DNA from: a virus
Taxonomy: Duplodnaviria; Caudoviricetes
Reading direction: 5' to 3' (one strand)
Length of the DNA: 32,556 nt
Virus record (IMG/VR): IMGVR_UViG_3300020043_001138
Span: 1-32,556 of that record
Made by a program: the position numbers and the translations under genes. Positions 18,944 to 27,306 of the stretch are shown here, one piece after another (positions within the stretch are counted from its first letter, which is position 1; each line of letters starts with the position of its first letter). The notes under the pieces were generated by a model. It saw nothing but the letters and a program-made list of their open reading frames with translations. It did not search any database and was not told the DNA's origin.

Positions 18944-19334
18944 AGCTTATAATAACTTCTTGTTTCTCCTCGTTCTTCGCTCTGTCTGTCCATCCTAAAA
19001 GGTTCTTAGCATAGAATATACCTTTACCTTCATTGGCTACTACATCCGCCGCTAAAGCTCTAAACATTTCATCGATATGCTTTACTGCTTTGTGCATAGG
19101 ATGGTTACTATCGTTTAGGATATTGTAGTAGCTTGCTCGCTTATAGAACTCAAAGTTCTGTCTTGGTAGCCAAATCAAAAGAAAGTAGTTAATTGTAGGC
19201 AAGTGCCTTTCTTTAATTAGCTTAACGCCCGAAGCAGTAGCTACCTCCTTAGAATGGTTCAAGCAAAAATCTATATAAATATCTGCCCACTCAAGTAGCT
19301 TCTCTTCGTCTATGTCTTTCGGTGTTCTTGCCAT
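18906..19334 (-). CDS. terS: Terminase small subunit
   Basis: Overlaps the terL start; PTINYF and GIFYAKNLLGWTD motifs typical of P22 gp3-like small terminases. Confidence 0.75.
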   Translation of the reverse strand: MARTPKDIDEEKLLEWADIYIDFCLNHSKEVATASGVKLIKERHLPTINYFLLIWLPRQNFEFYKRASYYNILNDSNHPMHKAVKHIDEMFRALAADVVANEGKGIFYAKNLLGWTDRAKNEEKQEVIISFANEDNTSQTAQ

Positions 19335-19867
19335 TATTTTTTAAATAGTATTGACCAATCAGTAGGTATGTTTAATTTCTTATGAACTGAATATCCGTAC
19401 TCCGCAAAGAAAGCTATCCACTCGTCTACTGATTTAATGTTAATATGTCCCCACCAAGCATCGAACTCTGGAGTAGTTTCATAAGGCGTAGAAGACAAAT
19501 AGAAATAGTCAGCTTCAATGCTTTCTAAGTACTCGTTTATTTGCTCGTCTGTTAAATGCTCTAGGACTTCTATGCTTACAATCATTTGCGCATGACTAGG
19601 ATAGTTCCCTAAATCGTGTAGCTCTATGCCTCTAGTCTTTGCAAAGTCCCTATGATATTTGTTAGGCTCAATGCCGTAGTAATCGCATCCCTTATGAATC
19701 AAGCACTCGCCTAGAGTTCCCATCCCTGCTCCAATCTCGATTATGTTTCTAGCATAATTCTTGATTATGTTTGCAGTCCCATCCATAAGCATAAAGTATT
19801 CAGGATTCTCTGGATTTACTCCTATGCTCATTTCGTGATCGAAGAACTCTTTGTCAGTTGCCTGCAT
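19334..19867 (-). CDS. Class I SAM-dependent methyltransferase
   Basis: IIEIGAGMG motif I, GIEPN, SIEVLEHL, WGHINIK; lacks DNA-methylase DPPY/PC motifs. Confidence 0.85.
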   Translation of the reverse strand: MQATDKEFFDHEMSIGVNPENPEYFMLMDGTANIIKNYARNIIEIGAGMGTLGECLIHKGCDYYGIEPNKYHRDFAKTRGIELHDLGNYPSHAQMIVSIEVLEHLTDEQINEYLESIEADYFYLSSTPYETTPEFDAWWGHINIKSVDEWIAFFAEYGYSVHKKLNIPTDWSILFKK

Positions 19868-20282
19868 TATCTATTTGCTCTAGTTTTCTTATTGCCCACT
19901 CTATTCCTTCCGTTCCGCCCCAAGCATCCCACATCAAGCCTCCGCATCCTTCATCGTAAGGCACATCTTTATATTGCTGATGTCTTTTAAATGAAGCCAT
20001 TCTTGCAATCGTGTCTCTAGTGATATTCTCACGCTTTGCTAATTGGCTTGCTCTTGCTTTACCAACTGGAGTGCCACAATCTCCCCAGCCATTCTTACTC
20101 GCATATTCTACTGCTCTTCTAGCGTTATTTACCGCAGCTTCTGGATAGTCGTTATAGCTATCTACAAATTGTCCAGTAGCAAGGATTGCCTGCCAAACTT
20201 CAGTAGCTTTCTCTTCTGTGTCATACACGCAAGCTCCGCTACCGATTCTGTATTTTCCGTTACTGCATTTAATTACTGGCAT
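19854..20282 (-). CDS. Conserved phage head-associated protein of unknown function
   Basis: SYNDYP...GTPVGKARASQLA...TIARMASF.RH...MWDAWGG..GIEWA domain that I recall fused to head proteins in other phages. Confidence 0.6.
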   Translation of the reverse strand: MPVIKCSNGKYRIGSGACVYDTEEKATEVWQAILATGQFVDSYNDYPEAAVNNARRAVEYASKNGWGDCGTPVGKARASQLAKRENITRDTIARMASFKRHQQYKDVPYDEGCGGLMWDAWGGTEGIEWAIRKLEQIDNAGN

Positions 20283-21301
20283 TAGCTTATTAGTTTATTA
20301 TAAATAGCCGTTCTTGACTCGTTAATTTTAAATAAGTCAAAATGCTTTCTAACATATTCGCCATTGCTATGCCCCCAATCTTCTCGCATATCTTTACTCT
20401 CTGCCATTCGCTTTATGTCCTTCTCCCAATCATATACTTGGTAGATAGTTGGAATGTCTGCGTAAGGATCGCGCTTCATTGCCAGAATAGGAATGTTCTT
20501 CGCTCCAGCTTCTAAGGCTTTTAGGTTAGACTTTAGCTTGTTAAATTTATTATCAAGCAAAGGAGTTACTAGCATATCTGCCTCCGCATAATGGTTCATA
20601 TACAAATCAACCGGTAAGCTCTCTAGTATCTTGTAATCTAGCCTTTCGTTTGCCGTATAGATGTTGGCCATCTCGTCCCAGTGCCATTTGTTAAAATCGT
20701 TCCATCCGCAAAGAAGCATTCTTGTGTTTGCTACAAATCGCTTATCTTTTGACAAAGCAAAGATAGGAGCTTTCAACTGCTTAATATCTGGATAGTGTGT
20801 GATGCTACCAGTGTGCGCTATTGTTACCTTTTCATGCGGAATCGTAACCGCCGTAAATTGATCCTTATCGAATGGCAAAGCGTTAGGTATTACTTCGCAG
20901 TTCTTATTAATCTTGATTATCTCCGCCCATAGTCTAGTATGCGTACAAGTAACAAGGTCGGCATGCTTAATGAAGGATTTGATAATCGTTCCTACTCCGT
21001 TGAGTCTATAATTAGCGTAACTTAAATGCTGAGTGAATAGCTCCCAGTAGTCATCAATATCTACCACCAATTTAAAGCCGTACTTCTTCTTCCATTCTAG
21101 GATTTGAATTAAGCTCGCGTTTTCGCAAAACCGATTTACTAAGAAGATATTAATATTCTTCTCCTTAATCATATCTTCGGTAGGCGTATCCGTTATAAGC
21201 GCATACTCCTTAGCCATTGTAGACAAAGGTAAAGCGATTCTGTGATAAGTTACTCCGCTATGCCTGCTTCCGCTTCCTAGTATTCTTAATTGGTTGCTCA
21301 T
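20282..21301 (-). CDS. Glycosyltransferase (GT-B, GT4-like); likely start MSNQLRIL
   Basis: SGVTYHRI..P, LVVDIDDYW, ADLVTCT, IPNALP, FNKLKSNLKALEAGA..IPILA motifs. Confidence 0.85.
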   Translation of the reverse strand: MSNQLRILGSGSRHSGVTYHRIALPLSTMAKEYALITDTPTEDMIKEKNINIFLVNRFCENASLIQILEWKKKYGFKLVVDIDDYWELFTQHLSYANYRLNGVGTIIKSFIKHADLVTCTHTRLWAEIIKINKNCEVIPNALPFDKDQFTAVTIPHEKVTIAHTGSITHYPDIKQLKAPIFALSKDKRFVANTRMLLCGWNDFNKWHWDEMANIYTANERLDYKILESLPVDLYMNHYAEADMLVTPLLDNKFNKLKSNLKALEAGAKNIPILAMKRDPYADIPTIYQVYDWEKDIKRMAESKDMREDWGHSNGEYVRKHFDLFKINESRTAIYNKLIS

Positions 21302-21557
21302 TTGTTTCGGTTGGTTGGATTGCGTTTCTCTTGGCCATAAACTTAATGCCTTCATAGTGTGCTTCTAATCGCTTTAGCATATCAAATACACAAGCACTGC
21401 ACCAAGCATTCAGAACAAACTGCTGGTCTAAGTTACGCTGATAGATTCGAGTATATTCGTCAAGGATAGGAAAATCAATGTTACGACAAAAGCCAAGCTT
21501 TACCGCTTCAAAGTTTACGATGTTATCCTCTAGAAATTTAATATCTTCTGGACTCAT
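21258..21557 (-). CDS. Hypothetical protein with CxxC (WCSAC)
   Basis: 99 aa ORF in the operon. Confidence 0.65.
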   Translation of the reverse strand: MSPEDIKFLEDNIVNFEAVKLGFCRNIDFPILDEYTRIYQRNLDQQFVLNAWCSACVFDMLKRLEAHYEGIKFMAKRNAIQPTETNEQPIKNTRKRKQA

Positions 21558-21560
21558 AGT

Positions 21561-21734
21561 TTATATTTTAATAGGTTCAACTTTTTTAAAGTTATTTTTT
21601 AAAATACTATTAATCTCATTATAAGTATCTAAACCAAAATAAATAATACTATTATATTGATCAGTAGCATTCTTTAATTCTTGCTCTGATGCTTTTTGTT
21701 TTTTAACAATTTTTTTAAGTTTGATATATGTCAT
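21561..21734 (-). CDS. Small AT-rich hypothetical protein (57 aa, MTYIKLKKIVKKQKASEQEL...)
   Basis: Manual translation; ATGA overlap with the upstream stop; fills the gap; below the ORF-track cutoff. Confidence 0.55.
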   Translation of the reverse strand: MTYIKLKKIVKKQKASEQELKNATDQYNSIIYFGLDTYNEINSILKNNFKKVEPIKI

Positions 21735-21955
21735 AGCTTATGAATTAATCTGTAAGAAAGTGCGCCAATAATACCAGCGCTAAAAATTGTAGCTATAAAG
21801 CTAACTAAATTGTCTGGCATTAAGTACATAACCATCGCGCTCCATACCGAAAGGCAAGGTACGCAATTGAATGGCTTAAAGTTTAGATAAAAACTTTTGT
21901 GCAGATTAGTCATATTAAAAAATACTGCAAAGGTAATCGCTGCTAAAATAATCAT
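21731..21955 (-). CDS. Small membrane protein with CxxC (KPFNCVPCLSVW)
   Basis: Three hydrophobic segments; C-x-x-C-x-S-x-W motif resembling DUF1360-like proteins. Confidence 0.7.
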   Translation of the reverse strand: MIILAAITFAVFFNMTNLHKSFYLNFKPFNCVPCLSVWSAMVMYLMPDNLVSFIATIFSAGIIGALSYRLIHKL

Positions 21956-22140
21956 AAGTTATATATTTCTTCTGTTACTAATTCCCAGTAAATCTTATCG
22001 TCAATCTTTAGCTTCTGATCCTTTACCACTTGGCAAATAAACAAAGCTAACTCCTTTGCCATTGCCTTATTACCAGCAAAGTATAAACCGTTATTAATTA
22101 AGGATTGTGCTCTTTCATCTGGCTTTAAATTATCTTGCAT
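21952..22140 (-). CDS. Hypothetical protein
   Basis: 62 aa with overlapping start and stop junctions. Confidence 0.6.
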   Translation of the reverse strand: MQDNLKPDERAQSLINNGLYFAGNKAMAKELALFICQVVKDQKLKIDDKIYWELVTEEIYNL

Positions 22141-22651
22141 CTCGTAGCTTCTTTTTAATTACTGTGATTGTCTTGACTACGCTTTGATAAGGAATCTTTG
22201 TGCGCCTAGATACTTCTGTTTGATTGAATCCCAAATCAATGTAGGTCTCTAGCATAGTATTCTCATACCAGGTTAAATCCTTTCGATTAGATTCTACTTG
22301 TATAAATAGCAATTCTTTTGCTTCCTTAGAATTATCTTCTACTTCTGCTATGTTTTCAAAGCCATCAATCGCTTCGTACTTAGCGCGGAAGTTCTTAAAG
22401 AATGGCTGATTCATCGAAGTCGAATAAATCATATTAAGCATGCACCTTACAAGCCAGAACTTTAAACCGCCTACTCCATTGTTATTGTAAATGCTCCAGA
22501 ACTTTTCATCTGAGATCGTGCATAGATTTACAAACATCTCTTGTCGTAGTTCTTCTCTTAGTGAAGCTGGTTGCATCTTCCTTAGTGCGGAGGCAATCTC
22601 CTTACTTTCGTAAAGCTCTGCAATCAATTCGCTTCGAGTCTTCGGTTTCAT
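22130..22651 (-). CDS. Sigma-70/ECF-like transcription factor (probable late-gene sigma)
   Basis: Region-2-like REELRQEMFVNL; region-4-like LTWYE...NQTEVSRRTKIPYQSVVKTI..IKKKLR HTH. Confidence 0.75.
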   Translation of the reverse strand: MKPKTRSELIAELYESKEIASALRKMQPASLREELRQEMFVNLCTISDEKFWSIYNNNGVGGLKFWLVRCMLNMIYSTSMNQPFFKNFRAKYEAIDGFENIAEVEDNSKEAKELLFIQVESNRKDLTWYENTMLETYIDLGFNQTEVSRRTKIPYQSVVKTITVIKKKLRDAR

Positions 22652-22749
22652 CTCTCTTTATACTTTTCGATTATCATGCAAACCATGAAAACGATAAAGG
22701 CTATCTCCGCGATTCCTACGAAAATAGCCTCAATGACTAATTTATCCAT
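22648..22749 (-). CDS. Small membrane peptide (33 aa, MDKLVIEAIFVGIAEIAFIVFMVCMIIEKYKER)
   Basis: Manual translation; overlaps both neighbours, with an ATGA overlap into the sigma gene. Confidence 0.55.
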   Translation of the reverse strand: MDKLVIEAIFVGIAEIAFIVFMVCMIIEKYKER

Positions 22750-23017
22750 TCAGTTTGTTAAGCTCATGCTCCAAGTACCAAATGGCTTTCAGCAGATCTT
22801 GTTTATGGTTGCCCTTCTTGTCAGCTCTCAAAATGTACTTAATTGCATTCCCTTTATTAAAGCTCAAATTGAAGTCATCTATAATGTCTATTACTTCGAA
22901 CTTATTGCCTTGATAATGTGAAGGCGAATTTACCATGTCTTCCTTTACTGGTTCTACCGGTAATTCTTCAATAATTATCGGCATATCGTCCCAGACTTTT
23001 TCTATAAACTCTTCCAT
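22742..23017 (-). CDS. DUF3310 (SaV-like) protein
   Basis: DMVNSPSHY...EVIDII...F.KGNAIKYILRA.KK....DLLKAIWYL signature. Confidence 0.9.
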   Translation of the reverse strand: MEEFIEKVWDDMPIIIEELPVEPVKEDMVNSPSHYQGNKFEVIDIIDDFNLSFNKGNAIKYILRADKKGNHKQDLLKAIWYLEHELNKLNG

Positions 23018-23031
23018 TTGGTTGGCGATTT

Positions 23032-23226
23032 TTAATTCAAAGAATCTAGCGTTTCGTTGAAAGTAATAAGCTCAAGAATTGAACCATCTACAAATCTACA
23101 AGTTCCTTCATTGTCTCCTTGTTGCTGAGTATGCTGAGACAATTGTGCAATTTGCTCCTGATCAATCCAGCTTCTCACGATACTTCCGTCTTCGTTTCTT
23201 GTCGTAATCTTTACAAATTTTTTCAT
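23032..23226 (-). CDS. Hypothetical protein
   Basis: 64 aa with A-rich leader. Confidence 0.65.
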   Translation of the reverse strand: MKKFVKITTRNEDGSIVRSWIDQEQIAQLSQHTQQQGDNEGTCRFVDGSILELITFNETLDSLN

Positions 23227-23281
23227 GATTTTTTTGTTTAATTAATTTGTCATATAAATCTAAAAACTTTTTTTAAATTAA

Positions 23282-23289
23282 CAAAGCTA
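23282..23289 (-). promoter_or_regulatory. Possible Bacteroidota -7 promoter element TAGCTTTG
   Basis: Matches TAnnTTTG in an AT-rich intergenic gap; no clear -33 element. Confidence 0.4.
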
Positions 23290-23294
23290 ACTGG

Positions 23295-23639
23295 CTAGAA
23301 ATCAATATCTAAGCCGTAGGATTTTAGCAGTATGTTAAGCTGAGTATTTAATCCCTGATGCTTTACGTCATCCATGTCGGCCATCTTCATGCCTAGCTTA
23401 AAGAATTTAAGCATAACATCTCCAGCCATAACGTGTTGCTCTACTACTTCTTCTTCTGCGCCTTCAGCGTAAAGCTTATCGGTTATGCTGATTAATTCAG
23501 TTAGTAAGTTCTGGCTTTTAAATTTAAGCGATTGCTTATTGTAGATTGACTTGCGAAAGTCGTTCTCAATGTGATCTACTAAAGCGTTGGTAAGTCCTGC
23601 GTAAATTACGAAGGTTTCTCTGTCTGTTAACTTTTTCAT
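23295..23639 (-). CDS. Hypothetical protein
   Basis: 114 aa; ATGA overlap. Confidence 0.65.
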   Translation of the reverse strand: MKKLTDRETFVIYAGLTNALVDHIENDFRKSIYNKQSLKFKSQNLLTELISITDKLYAEGAEEEVVEQHVMAGDVMLKFFKLGMKMADMDDVKHQGLNTQLNILLKSYGLDIDF

Positions 23640-23857
23640 TTGGTTTGGTTTAGTTTATCCTTAATCATTTTGACCTTTAAAAAACTAAGCTTTTGAAGGT
23701 ATCCTTCGCAAGTTAGTAATCTTTCTTTATTAGTTTGCAAGCATTTGGCTAAATCATTTATAAAAACTCCGTTGCCTAAGTCTAACTCAGTACCAGGTTC
23801 TACCTTCTGCGCTTCTATCCAATCTATGGCCTTCTGGTAATTACTCGGAATCTTCAT
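23636..23857 (-). CDS. Hypothetical protein
   Basis: 73 aa; operon packing. Confidence 0.6.
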   Translation of the reverse strand: MKIPSNYQKAIDWIEAQKVEPGTELDLGNGVFINDLAKCLQTNKERLLTCEGYLQKLSFLKVKMIKDKLNQTK

Positions 23858-24185
23858 AAAGAAATAATTCTATTCTTGGATTTGACTTATCTATTTTCTT
23901 AATCATAACTAGCCTTACGCATAGCCTATCGTTGGCTATTATACCGCAACTCTGCAAGCAGTCTAGAATTACCTTCGCTGCATTATCTAAGTCGGAACGA
24001 TTAGATTGAAAGTAAACAATAATATTAATTCCAAACTCTACGCTTATGGTTTCTCTTATCGTTAGCGTTTGCAGTCTAAAGCTCTCTTCGTACTGGAGTA
24101 ATTGCTTTGACTTATAAAGCCTATTATTTCCAATCTTGTAGCCATTAGATTTACTTGGCACTTGGCCGTAGATTATTGCTTGCAT
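23841..24185 (-). CDS. rusA: RusA-family Holliday junction resolvase
   Basis: VPSKSN, DLDNAAKVILDCLQ..GIIANDR, NPRIE motifs. Confidence 0.9.
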   Translation of the reverse strand: MQAIIYGQVPSKSNGYKIGNNRLYKSKQLLQYEESFRLQTLTIRETISVEFGINIIVYFQSNRSDLDNAAKVILDCLQSCGIIANDRLCVRLVMIKKIDKSNPRIELFLYEDSE

Positions 24186-24457
24186 GGCGAATTTTTATAG
24201 AATCGTTTTTGCACCCAACCTTCTCTAATCATTCTATTGCGTTTAAAATCTATGTAAGGTCTTAGATAAAGAAATCCGCATCCGCTTAGAAAGACTACTT
24301 GCCTTTTATCGCAGTGATCGCACCGGTAAGACATCGTAAACTTATTTCCAGACTTATTAAATAATCGCTCTATTACTTTAGCGTTATTTGTTTGACCGCA
24401 TTCTGTGCATTCGAGCTTGTGGTCTTCGTAAATTATTCTCTCTGTTTTATTTGCCAT
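24173..24457 (-). CDS. Zinc-ribbon protein; likely start MANKTERII
   Basis: CTEC and CDHC pairs. Confidence 0.65.
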   Translation of the reverse strand: MANKTERIIYEDHKLECTECGQTNNAKVIERLFNKSGNKFTMSYRCDHCDKRQVVFLSGCGFLYLRPYIDFKRNRMIREGWVQKRFYKNSPCKQ

Positions 24458-24671
24458 AAGTTTCGTTGTAATAATCATTAAAAATTGAATTACAATCATC
24501 AATCAAACCATCATAACCAATTCCAGAATTAAAAGCTTCTTCTATCTGCTCTTTCTCCATCTGTTTGGCTTGTTCAAATAAATCTCGATATTGTGTACCT
24601 CTCCATCTAATTTCTTGGTTTTGTGTTATCTTATCAAATAACCATTCTACTGCCGTTTGTTTAGTTTCCAT
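24447..24671 (-). CDS. Small 'KQTAVEWL' family phage protein
   Basis: KQTAVEWL...EQAKQMEKEQI..AF...YYNETY pattern that I recall as common in Bacteroidota phages. Confidence 0.7.
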   Translation of the reverse strand: METKQTAVEWLFDKITQNQEIRWRGTQYRDLFEQAKQMEKEQIEEAFNSGIGYDGLIDDCNSIFNDYYNETYGK

Positions 24672-24885
24672 TTTGCTTTATGATTAGGATTCCCGATTTA
24701 GTATATCTGCCTGGTTCTAGTTTACCATGCCATTCATCATGACCTATCTCCATTCGAAAGATAGGCTGATTAGATTTAAAGTTTTGCTTTGCTTCTACCT
24801 GCTCTTCTGTGAATAACTTATACAAAACTAAGCCAGTGCAAATTATAGTAACGACAAGCGTTAGTAGTTTTATTAGTCTTATCAT
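24661..24885 (-). CDS. Small protein with N-terminal membrane anchor
   Basis: Hydrophobic LLTLVVTIICTGLVLY segment. Confidence 0.6.
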   Translation of the reverse strand: MIRLIKLLTLVVTIICTGLVLYKLFTEEQVEAKQNFKSNQPIFRMEIGHDEWHGKLEPGRYTKSGILIIKQNGN

Positions 24886-24896
24886 TTTTTTAGTGT

Positions 24897-25838
24897 CTAA
24901 AATAGTTCTGTTTGATTTATAATTGGACTTAATCTTTGATTACAAATCTTTAAATATTTCTCGCTCATTTCGCTTCCAATAAACTTTCTTTGACTTCTTA
25001 ATGCAGCTTCCGCAGTACTACCAGTTCCCATAAATGGATCGTAAATAATTCCACCTTTTGGACATCCTGCTAAAATAGGCTTTCTAATTAAAGAATCATT
25101 ATATGAAGCATAATGCTCGTTAGCACTTGGCTTTGTTGGTACATCCCAAAAATCAGAAACATCGCCAGGATTTTTGCCTAATGGATTGCAAAATCTATCT
25201 CCCATTTTATTGGTATCAATTTTACCTATTGAATCATGTTCTGATTTCCATCCATATTCAATTCTAGCTAAAGAAGATTCTTTATGCTTATCTCTGATTG
25301 CATCTAAATCAAAATGATATTTTTCTTGCTTAACCATAAAAAAGAAATATTCATGTTTTTTAGAAAATCTATCAGTAACGCTTTCAGGCATTCCATTTCT
25401 TTTTGCCCAAATAATATCATTTCTTAAAATCCAACCTCTATCTATACATCCAATAGCAAATCTATGCGGAATAAGTAATAAACATTTATCCAATCCAGAA
25501 TAATCTGGCTTTGTATTTGGTTCTATTAAAGCATTTTTATTACTTCTAATTGTTTGGTTTGTTTCTTGACTTTTACTTCTTGAGCCTCTTGCATAAGTAT
25601 CTCCTAAATTTATCCATACAGTTCCAGTTGGTTTTAATGTTCTGTGTATTTCATCCATCATAGACCAAAGATTTTCAAGATATAAATTAAAGGTAGGTTC
25701 TAGTCCCCATTGTCCATCATAACCATAATCTCTTAATTGCCAATAAGGAGGAGAAGTAACTACGCAATCTAAAAATTCATCTGGCATTTTTCTTAAAGTT
25801 TCCAGACATGGTTCATTATAAATTTTATTCAATTCCAT
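24897..25838 (-). CDS. DNA N4-cytosine/N6-adenine methyltransferase (beta class), orphan
   Basis: Catalytic TSPPY precedes SAM-binding DPFMGTGS; LRNDIIWAK...MPESV.DR....HEY.F. Confidence 0.92.
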   Translation of the reverse strand: MELNKIYNEPCLETLRKMPDEFLDCVVTSPPYWQLRDYGYDGQWGLEPTFNLYLENLWSMMDEIHRTLKPTGTVWINLGDTYARGSRSKSQETNQTIRSNKNALIEPNTKPDYSGLDKCLLLIPHRFAIGCIDRGWILRNDIIWAKRNGMPESVTDRFSKKHEYFFFMVKQEKYHFDLDAIRDKHKESSLARIEYGWKSEHDSIGKIDTNKMGDRFCNPLGKNPGDVSDFWDVPTKPSANEHYASYNDSLIRKPILAGCPKGGIIYDPFMGTGSTAEAALRSQRKFIGSEMSEKYLKICNQRLSPIINQTELF

Positions 25839-26589
25839 TTTCTATCGGTTTAATTTTTCCTTCACTATTTATCTCAGAATCAAAGTTTACTAGATCGTAT
25901 ATAAATTCCTTATATGCCTGAGTCTTGCAAGCTACTTTAAACTCTTCGCCTTGCAAATGCTTAAATTTCTCAGCAATCCTATGCTTATCTTCTATCGGAG
26001 TCGTGTAAATCTCAAACTCGCTTAGGTAATCGTAAAGAATATGCAAACCTCCAGCTATCCACTTAAACTCGTTCTTTGCCTTCTGTGCCTTTGAAATTTC
26101 TTTCGCGTACATATTTGCAGTTTCAATACATTGGGCTTTTAAAACGCTATCGCAAGGCTTAGGCTTGGCAGGTTCTTCTTGCTTTGGTATCGCTCTTGTT
26201 TCAGCTCTTGCATAATCAAGATAAGCGTTCATAATTCTGGCAAAGTATTCACAAGAAAAATTTTCGTAAGTCTTTACATCTACTGTAAATCTTCCAGCTA
26301 CTGCAAGCTCAAATGCTAACTTAATTTCTGGAATTGTTTGATTAGCAAAGTTTGTTTTAATGAAATTGATTAAGACTAGCTTTTCTTCATCTGTTGGCAG
26401 GTTGTTTCCGCGAAGTCCTACTAGAATCATTACATAGCGAAGTACTTGCTTTAAGTCTTCTTCGCTTTGCTTTCTGATTGCTAAACCATTTTGAGCTTGA
26501 AGAATCTGGATGCCTAAACCTTTACCAATTTCTAAGGGCTTCCATTCTGTCGTGGCTAGTTCCCTTTGGTTTGTCGTTTGAATTTCCAT
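25825..26589 (-). CDS. Replication accessory protein (helicase-loader-like partner of the initiator)
   Basis: Overlaps the initiator 3' end, as lambda P follows O; EIKLAFELAVAG...YENFSCEYFARIMNAY; function inferred from position. Confidence 0.55.
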   Translation of the reverse strand: MEIQTTNQRELATTEWKPLEIGKGLGIQILQAQNGLAIRKQSEEDLKQVLRYVMILVGLRGNNLPTDEEKLVLINFIKTNFANQTIPEIKLAFELAVAGRFTVDVKTYENFSCEYFARIMNAYLDYARAETRAIPKQEEPAKPKPCDSVLKAQCIETANMYAKEISKAQKAKNEFKWIAGGLHILYDYLSEFEIYTTPIEDKHRIAEKFKHLQGEEFKVACKTQAYKEFIYDLVNFDSEINSEGKIKPIENGIE

Positions 26590-27211
26590 TTTGATTAAAT
26601 TTAGATTTGTTTCCTATCCAAGTTTTTATTCTTCTGCTAATATCGAAAAACTTTTCCATCTCCCATCGTTCTTTCCCTTTTGAGTTTTTCTCTGTCCAGT
26701 AATCGTGAAATTTATTTATATCTTCAGTTTCATAAAAAAGATGAATGTGTGGCGAAAGCATTTCGCTAAAAGATACTTTACTTTCTTCTTCTTTTATTTC
26801 ATTTACTTTCTTTTCCTTTCCTTTACTTTGTTGAACGGTCGTTGAACGGTCGTTGAGCAATCGTTTCTCTGCACTCTTTTGTCCAGCTATTTTACGTTGC
26901 TCTTTCATTCTAAAGTAAGGTTCTAGGTAAACTAACATCTTAGGAGAAAAGAACTTCTCCGCTTCATCTACTTCGAATAACTGGTAGTTACAAATCACTA
27001 CTCTTACCTTTGCTTCCGATACTCCAAACTCTTCAGCTAGTAAATCCATGTCTTCCATAGGATACATTAAATCTTGCTGCTCTCTAAGGATCTCCAGTAG
27101 CATAAAGTAAATGCCATAACCTTCTACGCCTAGCTCTTTGCGTAGTCTTCTAATCTTTCTGTCGTGTCTCGCATTACAAAAATGCGGAAAGTAAAATGCT
27201 TCTTTTTCCAT
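26522..27211 (-). CDS. DUF4373 (Lin1244/Lin1753-like) replication initiator; likely start MEKEAF
   Basis: YFPH..NARHDRKIRRLR..LGVEGYGIYFMLLEIL N-domain; K/E linker; F.DYWTE...RWEMEKFFDI.RR.KTW C-domain. Confidence 0.8.
   Translation of the reverse strand: MEKEAFYFPHFCNARHDRKIRRLRKELGVEGYGIYFMLLEILREQQDLMYPMEDMDLLAEEFGVSEAKVRVVICNYQLFEVDEAEKFFSPKMLVYLEPYFRMKEQRKIAGQKSAEKRLLNDRSTTVQQSKGKEKKVNEIKEEESKVSFSEMLSPHIHLFYETEDINKFHDYWTEKNSKGKERWEMEKFFDISRRIKTWIGNKSKFNQNGNSNDKPKGTSHDRMEALRNW
26830..26856. repeat. 11-bp tandem repeat (GTTGAACGGTC x2.5), candidate origin iterons
   Basis: gttgaacggtc gttgaacggtc gttga inside the initiator gene, next to a pyrimidine-rich AT tract at 26781-26829. Confidence 0.6.
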
Positions 27212-27215
27212 AAAT

Positions 27216-27306
27216 AAAAAGCTCCCAAGAAAATCCACCGCTCCTTACTTCGGTTTCATTTAATGAGAGCATTTTAAGTTCTTTATCGCTATAATGTAAG
27301 GAGGCG
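27216..27306 (-). promoter_or_regulatory. Structured leader / attenuator upstream of the initiator
   Basis: Interrupted hairpin GCTCTCA..AAAT..ACCG-loop-CGGT..ATTT..TGGGAGC plus TTTTT; loop GTAAGGAG is complementary to upstream CTCCTTAC. Confidence 0.65.

Noticed and set aside
20299-20306. T4-type late promoter TATAAATA on the plus strand
   Set aside because: Wrong orientation for the genes; it is the reverse complement of the TATTTAT motif
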